A stretch of DNA of 64,000 bases, taken from assembly GCA_022777205.1 (NCBI GenBank), contig JALFGP010000037.1, positions 2,819 to 66,818 of the forward strand. Reading direction: 5' to 3'. Made by a program: the position numbers and the translations under genes. The notes under the pieces were generated by a model. It worked only from the letters and a program-made list of their open reading frames with translations. It was not told the DNA's origin and ran no database searches. This DNA comes from Rikenellaceae bacterium. GTDB taxonomy: Bacteria; Bacteroidota; Bacteroidia; Bacteroidales; UBA932. Shown here one piece after another: positions 29,060 to 37,736 of the stretch (its first letter is position 1; each line of letters starts with the position of its first letter).

Positions 29060-29971
29060 CTATCGGTTAGTGTTATATGTTTCTGACAGGTGATCAACAA
29101 TCTCTCTGAGGGTATTTCTAAGAGATGCCGGTTCCAAAACCTCGACTTCTTTTCCATATGACAACACATCCTGTTTAAAATCGTAGTCAGTGGTAAGGAA
29201 ATATGAGAAGATACTATAATCTTCATGAGTCTCGACCTCCTCTTGGCTTCTGTGCAAAGGGAGTGAACGGAAGTACTTTGTCTGCATTGGGGATACTTTG
29301 AGGAGAACCTTCTCTGGTTTCATATCTGAATATACGCGGACTCCGTAGATATTCCCAAAATATCCATCAGCAGAGAACTCCTTAGGCAAGGTAAAGTCCT
29401 CCGAAGTTATTGTCGCAGTTATCATCCTGTCAAGGGCAAGCATTCTGCATCCGTCTGGATCTCCTTTGTATCCATATAGATACCATCTGCGCTTAAATTC
29501 TTTCAGGAAGTATGGCTCAAATACAAAGTGGTCTTCGTCAGGCTTCCGGTAACTTTGGTAGCGTATTTCCACCTTCTTACCATCGCGAATCGCCTGAATA
29601 ATGATAGACAGAAACTTATCCTTGGAAGGAACTTCATCAAAGAAGATGCGGTCATGTAGACTGGCACCCTCTGCAAGCAGGGAATTAAGGCTCAGTGCAT
29701 TGAGCATCCAGTTACGGATACCACGCCCGTTCATATCCTCTGCGTTTTCAATATAATATGTATTGTCCCTGCGGTCGCATACTATGTCGATTCCGAAGAT
29801 GTCAGCTATCGATGCTATGTGATTAGCAAACGTGCGTGTAGCGAGTTCCTTGCCGTCTTCATTGACGCTGCAATTTATCCATAACTTCTTGATTTCCTTC
29901 AAGGTTAAAGGCCCTCTGCTCTGGAGTGATTCCAGTAGCCAGACGTAAGATTTAAAATAGTTCTTTGCCAT
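29060..29971 (-). CDS. wHTH-WYL domain transcriptional regulator
   Basis: N-terminal HTH (LTLKEI..W..RTF.NHI..I..IFGIDI.C) and WYL/WCX region (FEPYFLKEFKRRWYLYG, LALDRM, YFRSLPLH.SQ, G..VEVLEP..LR). Confidence 0.92.
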   Translation of the reverse strand: MAKNYFKSYVWLLESLQSRGPLTLKEIKKLWINCSVNEDGKELATRTFANHIASIADIFGIDIVCDRRDNTYYIENAEDMNGRGIRNWMLNALSLNSLLAEGASLHDRIFFDEVPSKDKFLSIIIQAIRDGKKVEIRYQSYRKPDEDHFVFEPYFLKEFKRRWYLYGYKGDPDGCRMLALDRMITATITSEDFTLPKEFSADGYFGNIYGVRVYSDMKPEKVLLKVSPMQTKYFRSLPLHRSQEEVETHEDYSIFSYFLTTDYDFKQDVLSYGKEVEVLEPASLRNTLREIVDHLSETYNTNR

Positions 29972-30081
29972 AGTGACAACAAAGTTAGCAAATGCTTCTG
30001 CAAAATTGTGGCATATTAAAAATATTTTACCTCTGCCATTTTCTTGCTGAAGCCCCCGTCATCTTTGCCGAAAAGAAAACA

Positions 30082-31245
30082 ATGAAAGAACAAATCAGAC
30101 AGCGGACCGAAACTGCTAGACAAAGATTAATTAAACAAAGGAGGTTATCACGAATGAAAGATTTTAAGAAATTCAGAGAGCATGTCTATGACTTGGCTAA
30201 ACGCAAATTTGGAGAGATTCCTAAAGACGTAGAACACAGGCTTATTGCTGAAACCGATGCTATCAAGGAATATGGAAGAGGTGAGATGCTTCTTACTATG
30301 TGGCGTCTGGTGGATGAGTTAAGGAAGCACGACATTAATATCCGTCTCACTCTGGGCCAAGGTTATAATGTGTCATTGGTCTGCTATCTCCTTGGAATCT
30401 CGTCATTTAACCCGATTGATCATCCGAAGCTCAAGACAGAATCGTATGTAATCAGTACGTTCAAGTTATCATCAGAGATAGTGTTCAAAATTGACAAGGA
30501 TCAGTCAGCAGTCATTGATGGTTTCCTTAACTCTCTACGATATGAAGTCGCAAGAATGGATGTTTCAGGAGACTTTCATTCAAGGAAAATCAAGGCTTGT
30601 TGTGAGGGAAATTCCGATTTTGCACTCGAATTTAAGTATGAACCGAATGTCGGACGTATCAGAATCTTTGGTGAACTGATCGGATGGGATAAATTTGAAA
30701 AGATTCCTACTGATGATCTGGAGACAATGAATCTCATCAATGATATCGACATATATGGTGCAATGACCTCGAGTCTAGCTCCCATCACCATTGAAGCAAT
30801 CAGAGAAATCAATCCGTCGAATGTGGAAAAACTGGCAGATGCCTTGTCCTTCACTTCTGAAAGAAAGTATAGTCATCTGCTGAAGTATCTGGAGAATAGA
30901 GATACAGGAAACAGAGTATTTACCGGACATCCACAGATAGATGAAATTCTCAGTCCCACTCATGGGATCTTACTCGACACAAGTCAGCTTGGACAGATTT
31001 TTAAATTGCCTCTTCGCAGTGAATTAGGGGAGAATGCCTATAAAGTTATAAGGGGAAAGCATAGATCATTAATGGCATCTCCAATAGTGGACAGATGCGA
31101 TATTTATGTAAAAGCATATGATCTCTATCGGTCGGCATATGTCAAGGTGCACTATCCTGAAATCTTCAAGAAAGTTATAGAATCAAATAGCAATCTCTTA
31201 TCGGTATCGATGCATTTCCTGATGGACATAGAGAGGAGTCTATAA
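30082..31245 (+). CDS. Miniature DNA polymerase III alpha (DnaE)-like protein, probably catalytically inactive
   Basis: Ordered DnaE palm/fingers motifs: HRL..E...I, SLVCYLLGIS..NP, IPTDD.ET, I.EINPSN.E.LAD, H..I.EIL.PTHGILL, Y.SAYVKVHYPE.F. The PDxDxD and KxDxLG positions are degenerate. Alternative start MKDFKK at 30154. Confidence 0.65.
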   Translation: MKEQIRQRTETARQRLIKQRRLSRMKDFKKFREHVYDLAKRKFGEIPKDVEHRLIAETDAIKEYGRGEMLLTMWRLVDELRKHDINIRLTLGQGYNVSLVCYLLGISSFNPIDHPKLKTESYVISTFKLSSEIVFKIDKDQSAVIDGFLNSLRYEVARMDVSGDFHSRKIKACCEGNSDFALEFKYEPNVGRIRIFGELIGWDKFEKIPTDDLETMNLINDIDIYGAMTSSLAPITIEAIREINPSNVEKLADALSFTSERKYSHLLKYLENRDTGNRVFTGHPQIDEILSPTHGILLDTSQLGQIFKLPLRSELGENAYKVIRGKHRSLMASPIVDRCDIYVKAYDLYRSAYVKVHYPEIFKKVIESNSNLLSVSMHFLMDIERSL

Positions 31246-32526
31246 CTCAATGCCGAGCATCCATTTCCAGCACGGAATAACCTCGATCTTGCCGTATTCG
31301 TCCTCTATGATTTGCTGCTCATCATAGGTGAGTATAATCCTTCTCTTGCAGGCGAGGGCTTTAGGCAGTTTTTGGAGTGCACCGACTTCTCTTTCCCAAG
31401 TGTCGATATCCCTCGAAATTGAATATGACACTTGGATGGCAAGCTCGTCTTCGGGAACATAGAAGTCGACTTCTACATTGCTGCTATAGAAATACACCCG
31501 CTCGTTGTCCTGATCGTGACCATATATGCGGAACAGTTGCAATGCAACGAGGTTTTCCATCAGAGTTGTTGCAGGATCAACCAAAAGAATGCTAAGTATG
31601 CCGTTATCCACAAAATAATATTTGCAGTTGGTTTCTTTTTCGGAGAACGACGAGGATATGTTATGGAGTCTGAGTAGCAACCAGGCATCTTCACTATAGC
31701 AGATGTAACTGCTGGTGGTAGGGACACTTATTTTTCCGCCTACACTTGAGAGGACCTGCGCAAGGCGAGTGTAGGACACAGGTTGCTTGACTCCTTCTGC
31801 AATCTTCTTTATGAGCAGACGCAGAAGGTTCGGATTGCTGATTTTGTTCCTGGTACAGATGTCGCCAAGGTAGATCTTCTGATATACTGAACTGATGTAG
31901 TTCCTCTTTACTGAAAGACCGAGGCTTTCCGGAAGGCCACCCCATTTGACGTATTCTTCGTATGCTTTTTTGAGATTGACGCGCGCACTGGTGCCCAGAA
32001 GACTTTTTTCGTCATATGGAATACCAGCCCAGCGGAGGTATTCAGCAAAAGAGAACGGATAAATCTCGATAGGGATGTATCGGCCACCGAGGGTTGACAT
32101 CATTTCTTTGGAGAGCATTTTAGCATTCGAACCGGTTATCCATACCATGTACTTGCTGTCTGAAACTCTTCGAGCAAACTTCTCCCATCCGTCGATATTC
32201 TGGATTTCATCAAGGAAGAGAGCTGGCTTTGCTACGCCTCCCATTTCCATGTGACATTCCAGAATGGAGTCCATGTCATTGATGTCCAATGAGCCAAGAC
32301 GTTCATCCTCAAAATTGAGGTAGAGGATTTCGTCCCACGTATGGCCTTCGCTGAGCAACTGCTGAATCTTCTCGTATAGTAAGAAAGACTTGCCAGCCCT
32401 TCTTACACCAACAAAAATATAGCAGTTGAAGCCGTCAGTCTGGATGTCTCTGTGGATGATTTTGTACTGTTCGATTTCTTCTCTGCTGTTCTGAAGTATC
32501 TGTTTGAGAATAAACTTATCTACCAT
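31240..32526 (-). CDS. AAA+ ATPase (AAA_14 plus DUF4143 family)
   Basis: GVRRAGKS, YLNFEDERL, LFLDEIQ, TGSNAKML, GGLPE, K.YFVDNG and EVDF..IQV motifs. Confidence 0.9.
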   Translation of the reverse strand: MVDKFILKQILQNSREEIEQYKIIHRDIQTDGFNCYIFVGVRRAGKSFLLYEKIQQLLSEGHTWDEILYLNFEDERLGSLDINDMDSILECHMEMGGVAKPALFLDEIQNIDGWEKFARRVSDSKYMVWITGSNAKMLSKEMMSTLGGRYIPIEIYPFSFAEYLRWAGIPYDEKSLLGTSARVNLKKAYEEYVKWGGLPESLGLSVKRNYISSVYQKIYLGDICTRNKISNPNLLRLLIKKIAEGVKQPVSYTRLAQVLSSVGGKISVPTTSSYICYSEDAWLLLRLHNISSSFSEKETNCKYYFVDNGILSILLVDPATTLMENLVALQLFRIYGHDQDNERVYFYSSNVEVDFYVPEDELAIQVSYSISRDIDTWEREVGALQKLPKALACKRRIILTYDEQQIIEDEYGKIEVIPCWKWMLGIEL

Positions 32527-32630
32527 GGTATATAAATTTGCATTTTATATTTATTTGCAAATATATAAAATATCATTTTAAATCGCGCAAAGCTTAATAA
32601 TTTTCCTGACTTGTATTCGAGGACGGTAAA

Positions 32631-32662
32631 TAAAAAAGGGATGCGGAAATAACCGCACCCCT
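32631..32662 (-). terminator. Intrinsic terminator after the DUF4988 lipoprotein operon
   Basis: Minus strand aggggtgcgg-ttattt-ccgcatccct followed by TTTTTA. Confidence 0.75.
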
Positions 32663-32684
32663 GTGACTGATAATTGCTCTCAGA

Positions 32685-34928
32685 TTATCTCTTTGCTCCG
32701 TAGGAAGCGTAGGTTTCTGTAGTGGTGAATACTCCGTTGGTGAAGTCTTTTGTTGCCAATGGGTCTTCAGTTTTGTTGTAGAGCCAGCCCGAGCCATCGT
32801 TGGAGTAATAGCTGCATTTCATTCTTTTCGATGGTAAGGTGGTGGAATAATAGGCCAGGTTCGAAGTGAATGTGAATCCGGCACTGTTTGCAGCTGCCGT
32901 TTCTGCACCTACACTTGATTTGTTTGTGTCTGTGGCGTAGATAATGCCGGTGTATGCTGCTCCAACCAGTGTTTCGTAATCAGGAGTATAAAACAGATTT
33001 TTCTTGACATCAGCGGTTCCGCAGTGTTTTGCAGAGATAAGTCCATAGGATGCTTTCACATAGACCCTTGCAAATGTATTGCTGGATAATTCAACACTCG
33101 AAACGGTTGCATTGGCGTTTTTGAATACCTGATAACCTGTCACGTCCCCGTCTGTGCAATAAATTATGTTGTTCCTGAAACAGAGCGCGTAAGTCACGTC
33201 ATTGTTGGTGTTGGTGGAAAGAATGTTCTTCTCGGAGGTGGTGGCGTGGAGCTTTATGTCGCAATCCACCATACCGAAGCTGCCGATATTGTACGTTGAA
33301 TACATAAAGTTCATATCCTTAGGCACCTCGAATCCGCAATTCTCGAAGTAAATGTTCTCAAATACGAAAGTCTTAGCTTCGTCGCCGTTAACTCCGAGCA
33401 TATTTCCTGTAGTCAGTCCGGTGGTGAAATTGATATTGGACATAATGAACGCATCCTCAAACTCTGTTGCTTTGATGACAAGCTGTGAAGTGCGTCTGAC
33501 AGAAGCCCTGCTGGATCCATTGGAAACTACAATGACATTCTGTATTCCGGAATTGATTTCCACATCCGTAGCGTCAGGTTCAACGAAATATACACCAGGT
33601 TTGCTGATGAACTGGATGCTCATTGCGTTTGAAATGTAATACGCAGTCGGGTGTGTTGTTTTGCTGACTGTAACTCCTCCGATTGTCAGTTCTTCTCCAT
33701 TCCAATACCTGGCATACAGACCGGTTGCAGCCGGAGTGGTGCCGCTTGCAGAAGCAATGGCTCCCTGAACATCTCCGTCAACTGGAAGAATGTAAAGAGT
33801 ATATCTGGTTTCCGGTTCACAATTGTTTGAATTCAAGATGGTAGGGCCTATTGCCTGGGTTGAAACATTCCACTTCTCTCCTTTTGTGGTCATAGCAGCG
33901 GCATCAGGTGCTGTCTCTTCACTCTTCTGGAAAAGATAGTAGAATTCGCTTGCATTGGCAAGTTTAACCTCAAAAGATACCACATTGCATGCTTCGGAGG
34001 ATTTGAAAGTAACGGTAGCTGCCGGGCCGGTAACTACAGGAGTGTCGTCCAGGCTTACCTTGACTTTGGCAATGGTTGAAAAGCCCGAGTTGGAAATCGC
34101 GAGTATGCAGACGTCAGTCTTGCTGTTGGCAAGCACGGCTTTGGTCTGGGCCGGAGCAGTTACGGAAAGTGTGGTTTCATCCAGAACAGCAGCCCAGCCT
34201 TCAGGTGCGGTCACCATAGCTGTGGCAACTCCGACCATTTCAACTGTGAAAGACTTAGTTTCGCCGTAGTTGAAGACAATCTCGGATTCGGCATTCTGAA
34301 TTGCACATTTGAAGTCCTTGACTATAGGGAGTTTGTACGTGCTTCCATCCTTGAGAACGACAACCAACTTGTCCCCATCAACGCTTACGCTATTGAACCA
34401 TTTGTCTTCCGAGCTGCCGTCAGGAATTGCTTTGACAGGTTTGTCGTTTTCGTCCGTTATTTGTGTGAACGTCTTGCCGTCGTAGCTTACAGTCCAATAG
34501 CCTTCATCATCCACGCCGAAAATCGGAGTGAGCCCGTCCTTTCCGACTGCCTTGACCTTCTGCTCGTTCACGAGAATATGCTCAGGACCATTGCCATAGT
34601 CCACAGTCCAGTAGCCTTCTGCGTCGATGGAAACCACAGGGGCATTGGCTATTCCCGTGCTGCCCTGCTTGAGGACAATCTTTTTCCCGTTGCTGAGAGT
34701 GATGGTATAGACACCGTCCTTTTCCTCCACGCTGCTGATTGTTCCGCCTTCTGCAAGCTTCTGTACCGCAGCCACATTTGTGTTCAGTATTCCTATTTGT
34801 GTTTCAAGTGCCTGAACCCTGCTTTCAAGAGACTCCACCCGTTTTTCTATGTCAGAGAGGTCGGAGCAGGAGGCCAGCAGACAAGCCAATGCTGCCGGGA
34901 TTGCTAAATGTTTAAGTATTTTTTTCAT
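32685..34928 (-). CDS. Surface lipoprotein: DUF4988 (PL29 N-terminal-like) domain plus C-terminal beta-helix-like domain; probable glycan-binding protein
   Basis: Lipobox LASC, coiled-coil IEKRVESLESRVQALE, GYWT repeats, and a C-terminal Asn/Cys-ladder repeat region. Confidence 0.7.
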   Translation of the reverse strand: MKKILKHLAIPAALACLLASCSDLSDIEKRVESLESRVQALETQIGILNTNVAAVQKLAEGGTISSVEEKDGVYTITLSNGKKIVLKQGSTGIANAPVVSIDAEGYWTVDYGNGPEHILVNEQKVKAVGKDGLTPIFGVDDEGYWTVSYDGKTFTQITDENDKPVKAIPDGSSEDKWFNSVSVDGDKLVVVLKDGSTYKLPIVKDFKCAIQNAESEIVFNYGETKSFTVEMVGVATAMVTAPEGWAAVLDETTLSVTAPAQTKAVLANSKTDVCILAISNSGFSTIAKVKVSLDDTPVVTGPAATVTFKSSEACNVVSFEVKLANASEFYYLFQKSEETAPDAAAMTTKGEKWNVSTQAIGPTILNSNNCEPETRYTLYILPVDGDVQGAIASASGTTPAATGLYARYWNGEELTIGGVTVSKTTHPTAYYISNAMSIQFISKPGVYFVEPDATDVEINSGIQNVIVVSNGSSRASVRRTSQLVIKATEFEDAFIMSNINFTTGLTTGNMLGVNGDEAKTFVFENIYFENCGFEVPKDMNFMYSTYNIGSFGMVDCDIKLHATTSEKNILSTNTNNDVTYALCFRNNIIYCTDGDVTGYQVFKNANATVSSVELSSNTFARVYVKASYGLISAKHCGTADVKKNLFYTPDYETLVGAAYTGIIYATDTNKSSVGAETAAANSAGFTFTSNLAYYSTTLPSKRMKCSYYSNDGSGWLYNKTEDPLATKDFTNGVFTTTETYASYGAKR

Positions 34929-34958
34929 AATGTATTGTTTGTGAGTTGTTTCAGTGAG

Positions 34959-37508
34959 TTATTTCAGCGAGTTGAGCCAATCAGGCACTGCGCCTAAACG
35001 GAGTCTGAGCTGGGCTTCATACAGAGATTCCGGGTCCACAGGGGTGCCATTGCTGCTCTCCAGCTTAATCTGGGACTGGTCGAAGGTGACAGGCTGGCCG
35101 TGGATACCCACAATCACTGGAGGAAGGAATTTCCACCATTTGCTGGCGTGGTCCCACCAGATGAAAGTTCCGCTCTGTGTCGTGGTGGATTCGAAATTCC
35201 ACAGCACAAGGTCATCCAGATGGTTCGGCACCTGAGCTTCATCACCACCTTGGCGAAAACGCATAAAGCCTCCCTTGCAGCAGTCCACCAGTGTGGCTCT
35301 CGGCTGGGTCGCGTGAGACTCGAAGCAACTGTCGTCTCCCCATACATTTCTCCAGAGGACTGTACCCATAGACTGTTTGGAAACTCCCACGGCGTGGTAC
35401 TGTCCGGCAGTTTCACAATAGGTGGACGGGTCATCTATAAGGTAGCCGGATGAACTGTCTGTGGTGGCTCCTATGAATACCCTGGATGAAACCTGTGACC
35501 TTATGGCTGCGTGTCCTCTTGTGCCAGAAAAAATTATGTCATAGACGGAAATGTTGGAACAGTTGGTTATTGAACAGGCCTCGCTCACGCTCTCGTAGCC
35601 AACCCTGCGCATCCACGAATTTGTGAGCCTGGTCATATTTATGGGCTTGAATGCCCCGTCATCCTCCCAGCTCCCGTGATGCACGAAATGGTCTTTGGCA
35701 TTTCCCTTGAATGTGAGATCCTCGATTCCCACGTTTTCATAATGCGGATACTTGGAAATTCTCCAGTTGTAGCAGTTCGTTCCGGTAGGTGCCTTGTACT
35801 TGAGATCCACTTCGTGCATTATAGGCTCTACAAAGGTGACAATGTTTCCGCTGATGCTCTTAATTTGATGATAGTCATAGATTTGCACTCCTGTATTCAC
35901 AAGATTGGTCATTCCTGCAAGTTCGGTTGTCGAGACATTGCCGCCCTTGAGCTCCTCCTCGACAAATGAAGGGTTGTTATTGACTGTCGTCAGACACACC
36001 CATTGGCCTTCAGCAAGTCCTGTCGTGGAAGCCACCTGCACGGAGAACGTCCCTTTTGCGGCATTTGCAGTCACGTCGGTCAGAGCGGAGAGTGTGCTAT
36101 TGTGCTTGATTTCTATCATAGCCGGGGAACTGTAGAGGACCGATTCGCTGGAAGGCTGGTTGGGGTCCTGCATTATGAGTTTGGTCTTGTCCCTTCCGGC
36201 CCCCTTGAGCACGAAATTGCCCGAGCGTATCTGTATGTTCTGGCTGTTGCTCGCGCTTGCGCTTTCCACATCGTCTTCGGAGGTGTGGAGTATGAATTCT
36301 CCTTCCGGGAAATAGACTATTGCATTTGCCTTTTCCTTGTGGGCGAAGGTGATTATGTTGTTGCTGTTCACTTCATAATCCACACCAAGGGCATCTTTCA
36401 GGCAGGCGAGGAAGGCTGCTCTGTCCGATTTTCCGTCGTTTGGAATTGCACCGTAGTCTGTTACATCGTAAGTCTTGTAGCCGAGTGCAGCAGTCTCCAG
36501 CGGGGCTGATTCCCCGTGGTTGTAGCCTGCGTATGAGAAGTCCAGCAGGACGTTCTCTCCGTTGCCCGCGACAAAGTCGTTGAATACCTTGCAGTTGCTT
36601 GCAGACAAATGCACGGCCCTGAGCGTGTATGTCAGTTCTGTTTTCTTGAGTAGCCCGTTTTCCGACACCAGCATTATCCCCAGCTTGTATTCCCCAGCCG
36701 TTCCGCTTTCAGGACCGGTTACAGACAATTCGCTCTCCGACAAACTTGCTGCCCATCCCTGCGGCAACAGAAACATTGCGTCAGCCACTCCGGTCAGAGC
36801 AACTTCATACTTGCGGGTTTCAGCAAGGCAAATGACCTCTCCGGCACTGTATCCCTTAATTTCCATTGAGAAGTTGTCCACCACAACAACGCGTACCGTG
36901 CTCCCGTCAGCAAGTCCGAACACCATCTCGTCTTTTTCCGCGTCGTAATGCACTTCCCGGAATATGGAATAGACCCCACTTGTCTGCGGAGGCTCAACTG
37001 CGCTCTGGGGTCTGCCGTCTGCACCCGTGATGGTATTCCAGGTCTGTCCTCCGTCAGTGCTGATGAGCCAAAATCCGTCTGCACTGATTTTCACCATAGG
37101 GGTGTTTCCGTCTTCCGAATCCACGATAGCGGCGCCCTCTATAGGAAGAAAACTCTCCCCGTTGTCGAATGAAACCACCCATTTGCCGTTCCCGTCAATT
37201 CCTATGATAGGGAGGGATACCGGAGCCTCGAGCCCGTAGATGACCTTGACTATGGTGCCGTCGCTCAGGGAAAGGCTGTAGCCGTACTCAACAGGTTCAA
37301 AACCGACAATCCTTATCCCCTGTTTCATAAGGCTGTAAAGTGCAATGGTGTTGGTGTTTATGCCGCTTACATATTCCTCAAGGGACGAAATCTTTTCTTC
37401 GAGATTGTTCAGGCGTTCTTCGAGAGCCGATGTGCTGCATCCGGCAAAGGTCAGAACAAAGGTCAGAACAAGGAGCGGCGCTATGGCCGTTTTGCTTTGA
37501 TGTTTCAT
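34959..37508 (-). CDS. PL29-like chondroitin/hyaluronan lyase lipoprotein (DUF4988 plus DUF4955)
   Basis: Lipobox FAGC, DUF4988 N-terminus, LLDFSYAGY.HGE, YDVTDYGAIPNDGKSD, YFPEG beta-helix start, FESHATQPRATL.D and SLYEAQL.LRLG..P.WL C-terminus. Confidence 0.72.
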   Translation of the reverse strand: MKHQSKTAIAPLLVLTFVLTFAGCSTSALEERLNNLEEKISSLEEYVSGINTNTIALYSLMKQGIRIVGFEPVEYGYSLSLSDGTIVKVIYGLEAPVSLPIIGIDGNGKWVVSFDNGESFLPIEGAAIVDSEDGNTPMVKISADGFWLISTDGGQTWNTITGADGRPQSAVEPPQTSGVYSIFREVHYDAEKDEMVFGLADGSTVRVVVVDNFSMEIKGYSAGEVICLAETRKYEVALTGVADAMFLLPQGWAASLSESELSVTGPESGTAGEYKLGIMLVSENGLLKKTELTYTLRAVHLSASNCKVFNDFVAGNGENVLLDFSYAGYNHGESAPLETAALGYKTYDVTDYGAIPNDGKSDRAAFLACLKDALGVDYEVNSNNIITFAHKEKANAIVYFPEGEFILHTSEDDVESASASNSQNIQIRSGNFVLKGAGRDKTKLIMQDPNQPSSESVLYSSPAMIEIKHNSTLSALTDVTANAAKGTFSVQVASTTGLAEGQWVCLTTVNNNPSFVEEELKGGNVSTTELAGMTNLVNTGVQIYDYHQIKSISGNIVTFVEPIMHEVDLKYKAPTGTNCYNWRISKYPHYENVGIEDLTFKGNAKDHFVHHGSWEDDGAFKPINMTRLTNSWMRRVGYESVSEACSITNCSNISVYDIIFSGTRGHAAIRSQVSSRVFIGATTDSSSGYLIDDPSTYCETAGQYHAVGVSKQSMGTVLWRNVWGDDSCFESHATQPRATLVDCCKGGFMRFRQGGDEAQVPNHLDDLVLWNFESTTTQSGTFIWWDHASKWWKFLPPVIVGIHGQPVTFDQSQIKLESSNGTPVDPESLYEAQLRLRLGAVPDWLNSLK

Positions 37509-37690
37509 AATTATGTGGTCAATTGAATAGTGTCAATTCCATACGCTCCGCATGACTTTTCTTTCGGGCATATCGATGACAAAGATAAGTAATTTGTCAA
37601 ATAATCATAGCTTTTGCCTGCATTTTTATTTTTCTAAAAAAAACCTTCCGAAGACTTAAGTTTTATCGTTAAAATCGTTACATTTGCACT

Positions 37691-37720
37691 TAATGCGCAC
37701 TAATGCCAACTAATGCCAAC
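37691..37720 (+). repeat. Three tandem 10-bp units downstream of a -7 element
   Basis: taatgcgcac taatgccaac taatgccaac, immediately after TACATTTG at 37679-37686. Confidence 0.7.
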
Positions 37721-37736
37721 AATAAAGTCTGACCGC

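Larger units (their letters stand above)
25400..32600. mobile_element. Probable horizontally acquired defence island (boundaries approximate)
   Basis: Visible AT enrichment from about 25.35 to 31.3 kb relative to the flanks. Cluster of Abi, WYL, nuclease-fold and ATPase genes between a housekeeping operon and a PUL. No integrase or transposase seen. Confidence 0.6.

Noticed and set aside
30082-31245. Calling this gene a functional error-prone DnaE2 or a plain dnaE pseudogene
   Set aside because: It is about one third of DnaE2 length, the catalytic aspartates are not evident and there is no imuA/imuB. The frame is also uninterrupted, with several precise internal domain deletions, unlike a simple fragment.
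32594-32797. 67-aa minus-strand ORF spanning the end of the DUF4988 gene
   Set aside because: It overlaps the gene's 3' end and its terminator and has no motif.
37445-37468. 12-bp tandem duplication (caaaggtcagaa x2) in the PL29-like signal peptide
   Set aside because: It is in frame (FVLT repeated) with only two copies; it is most likely a neutral slippage in the h-region, not a phase switch.
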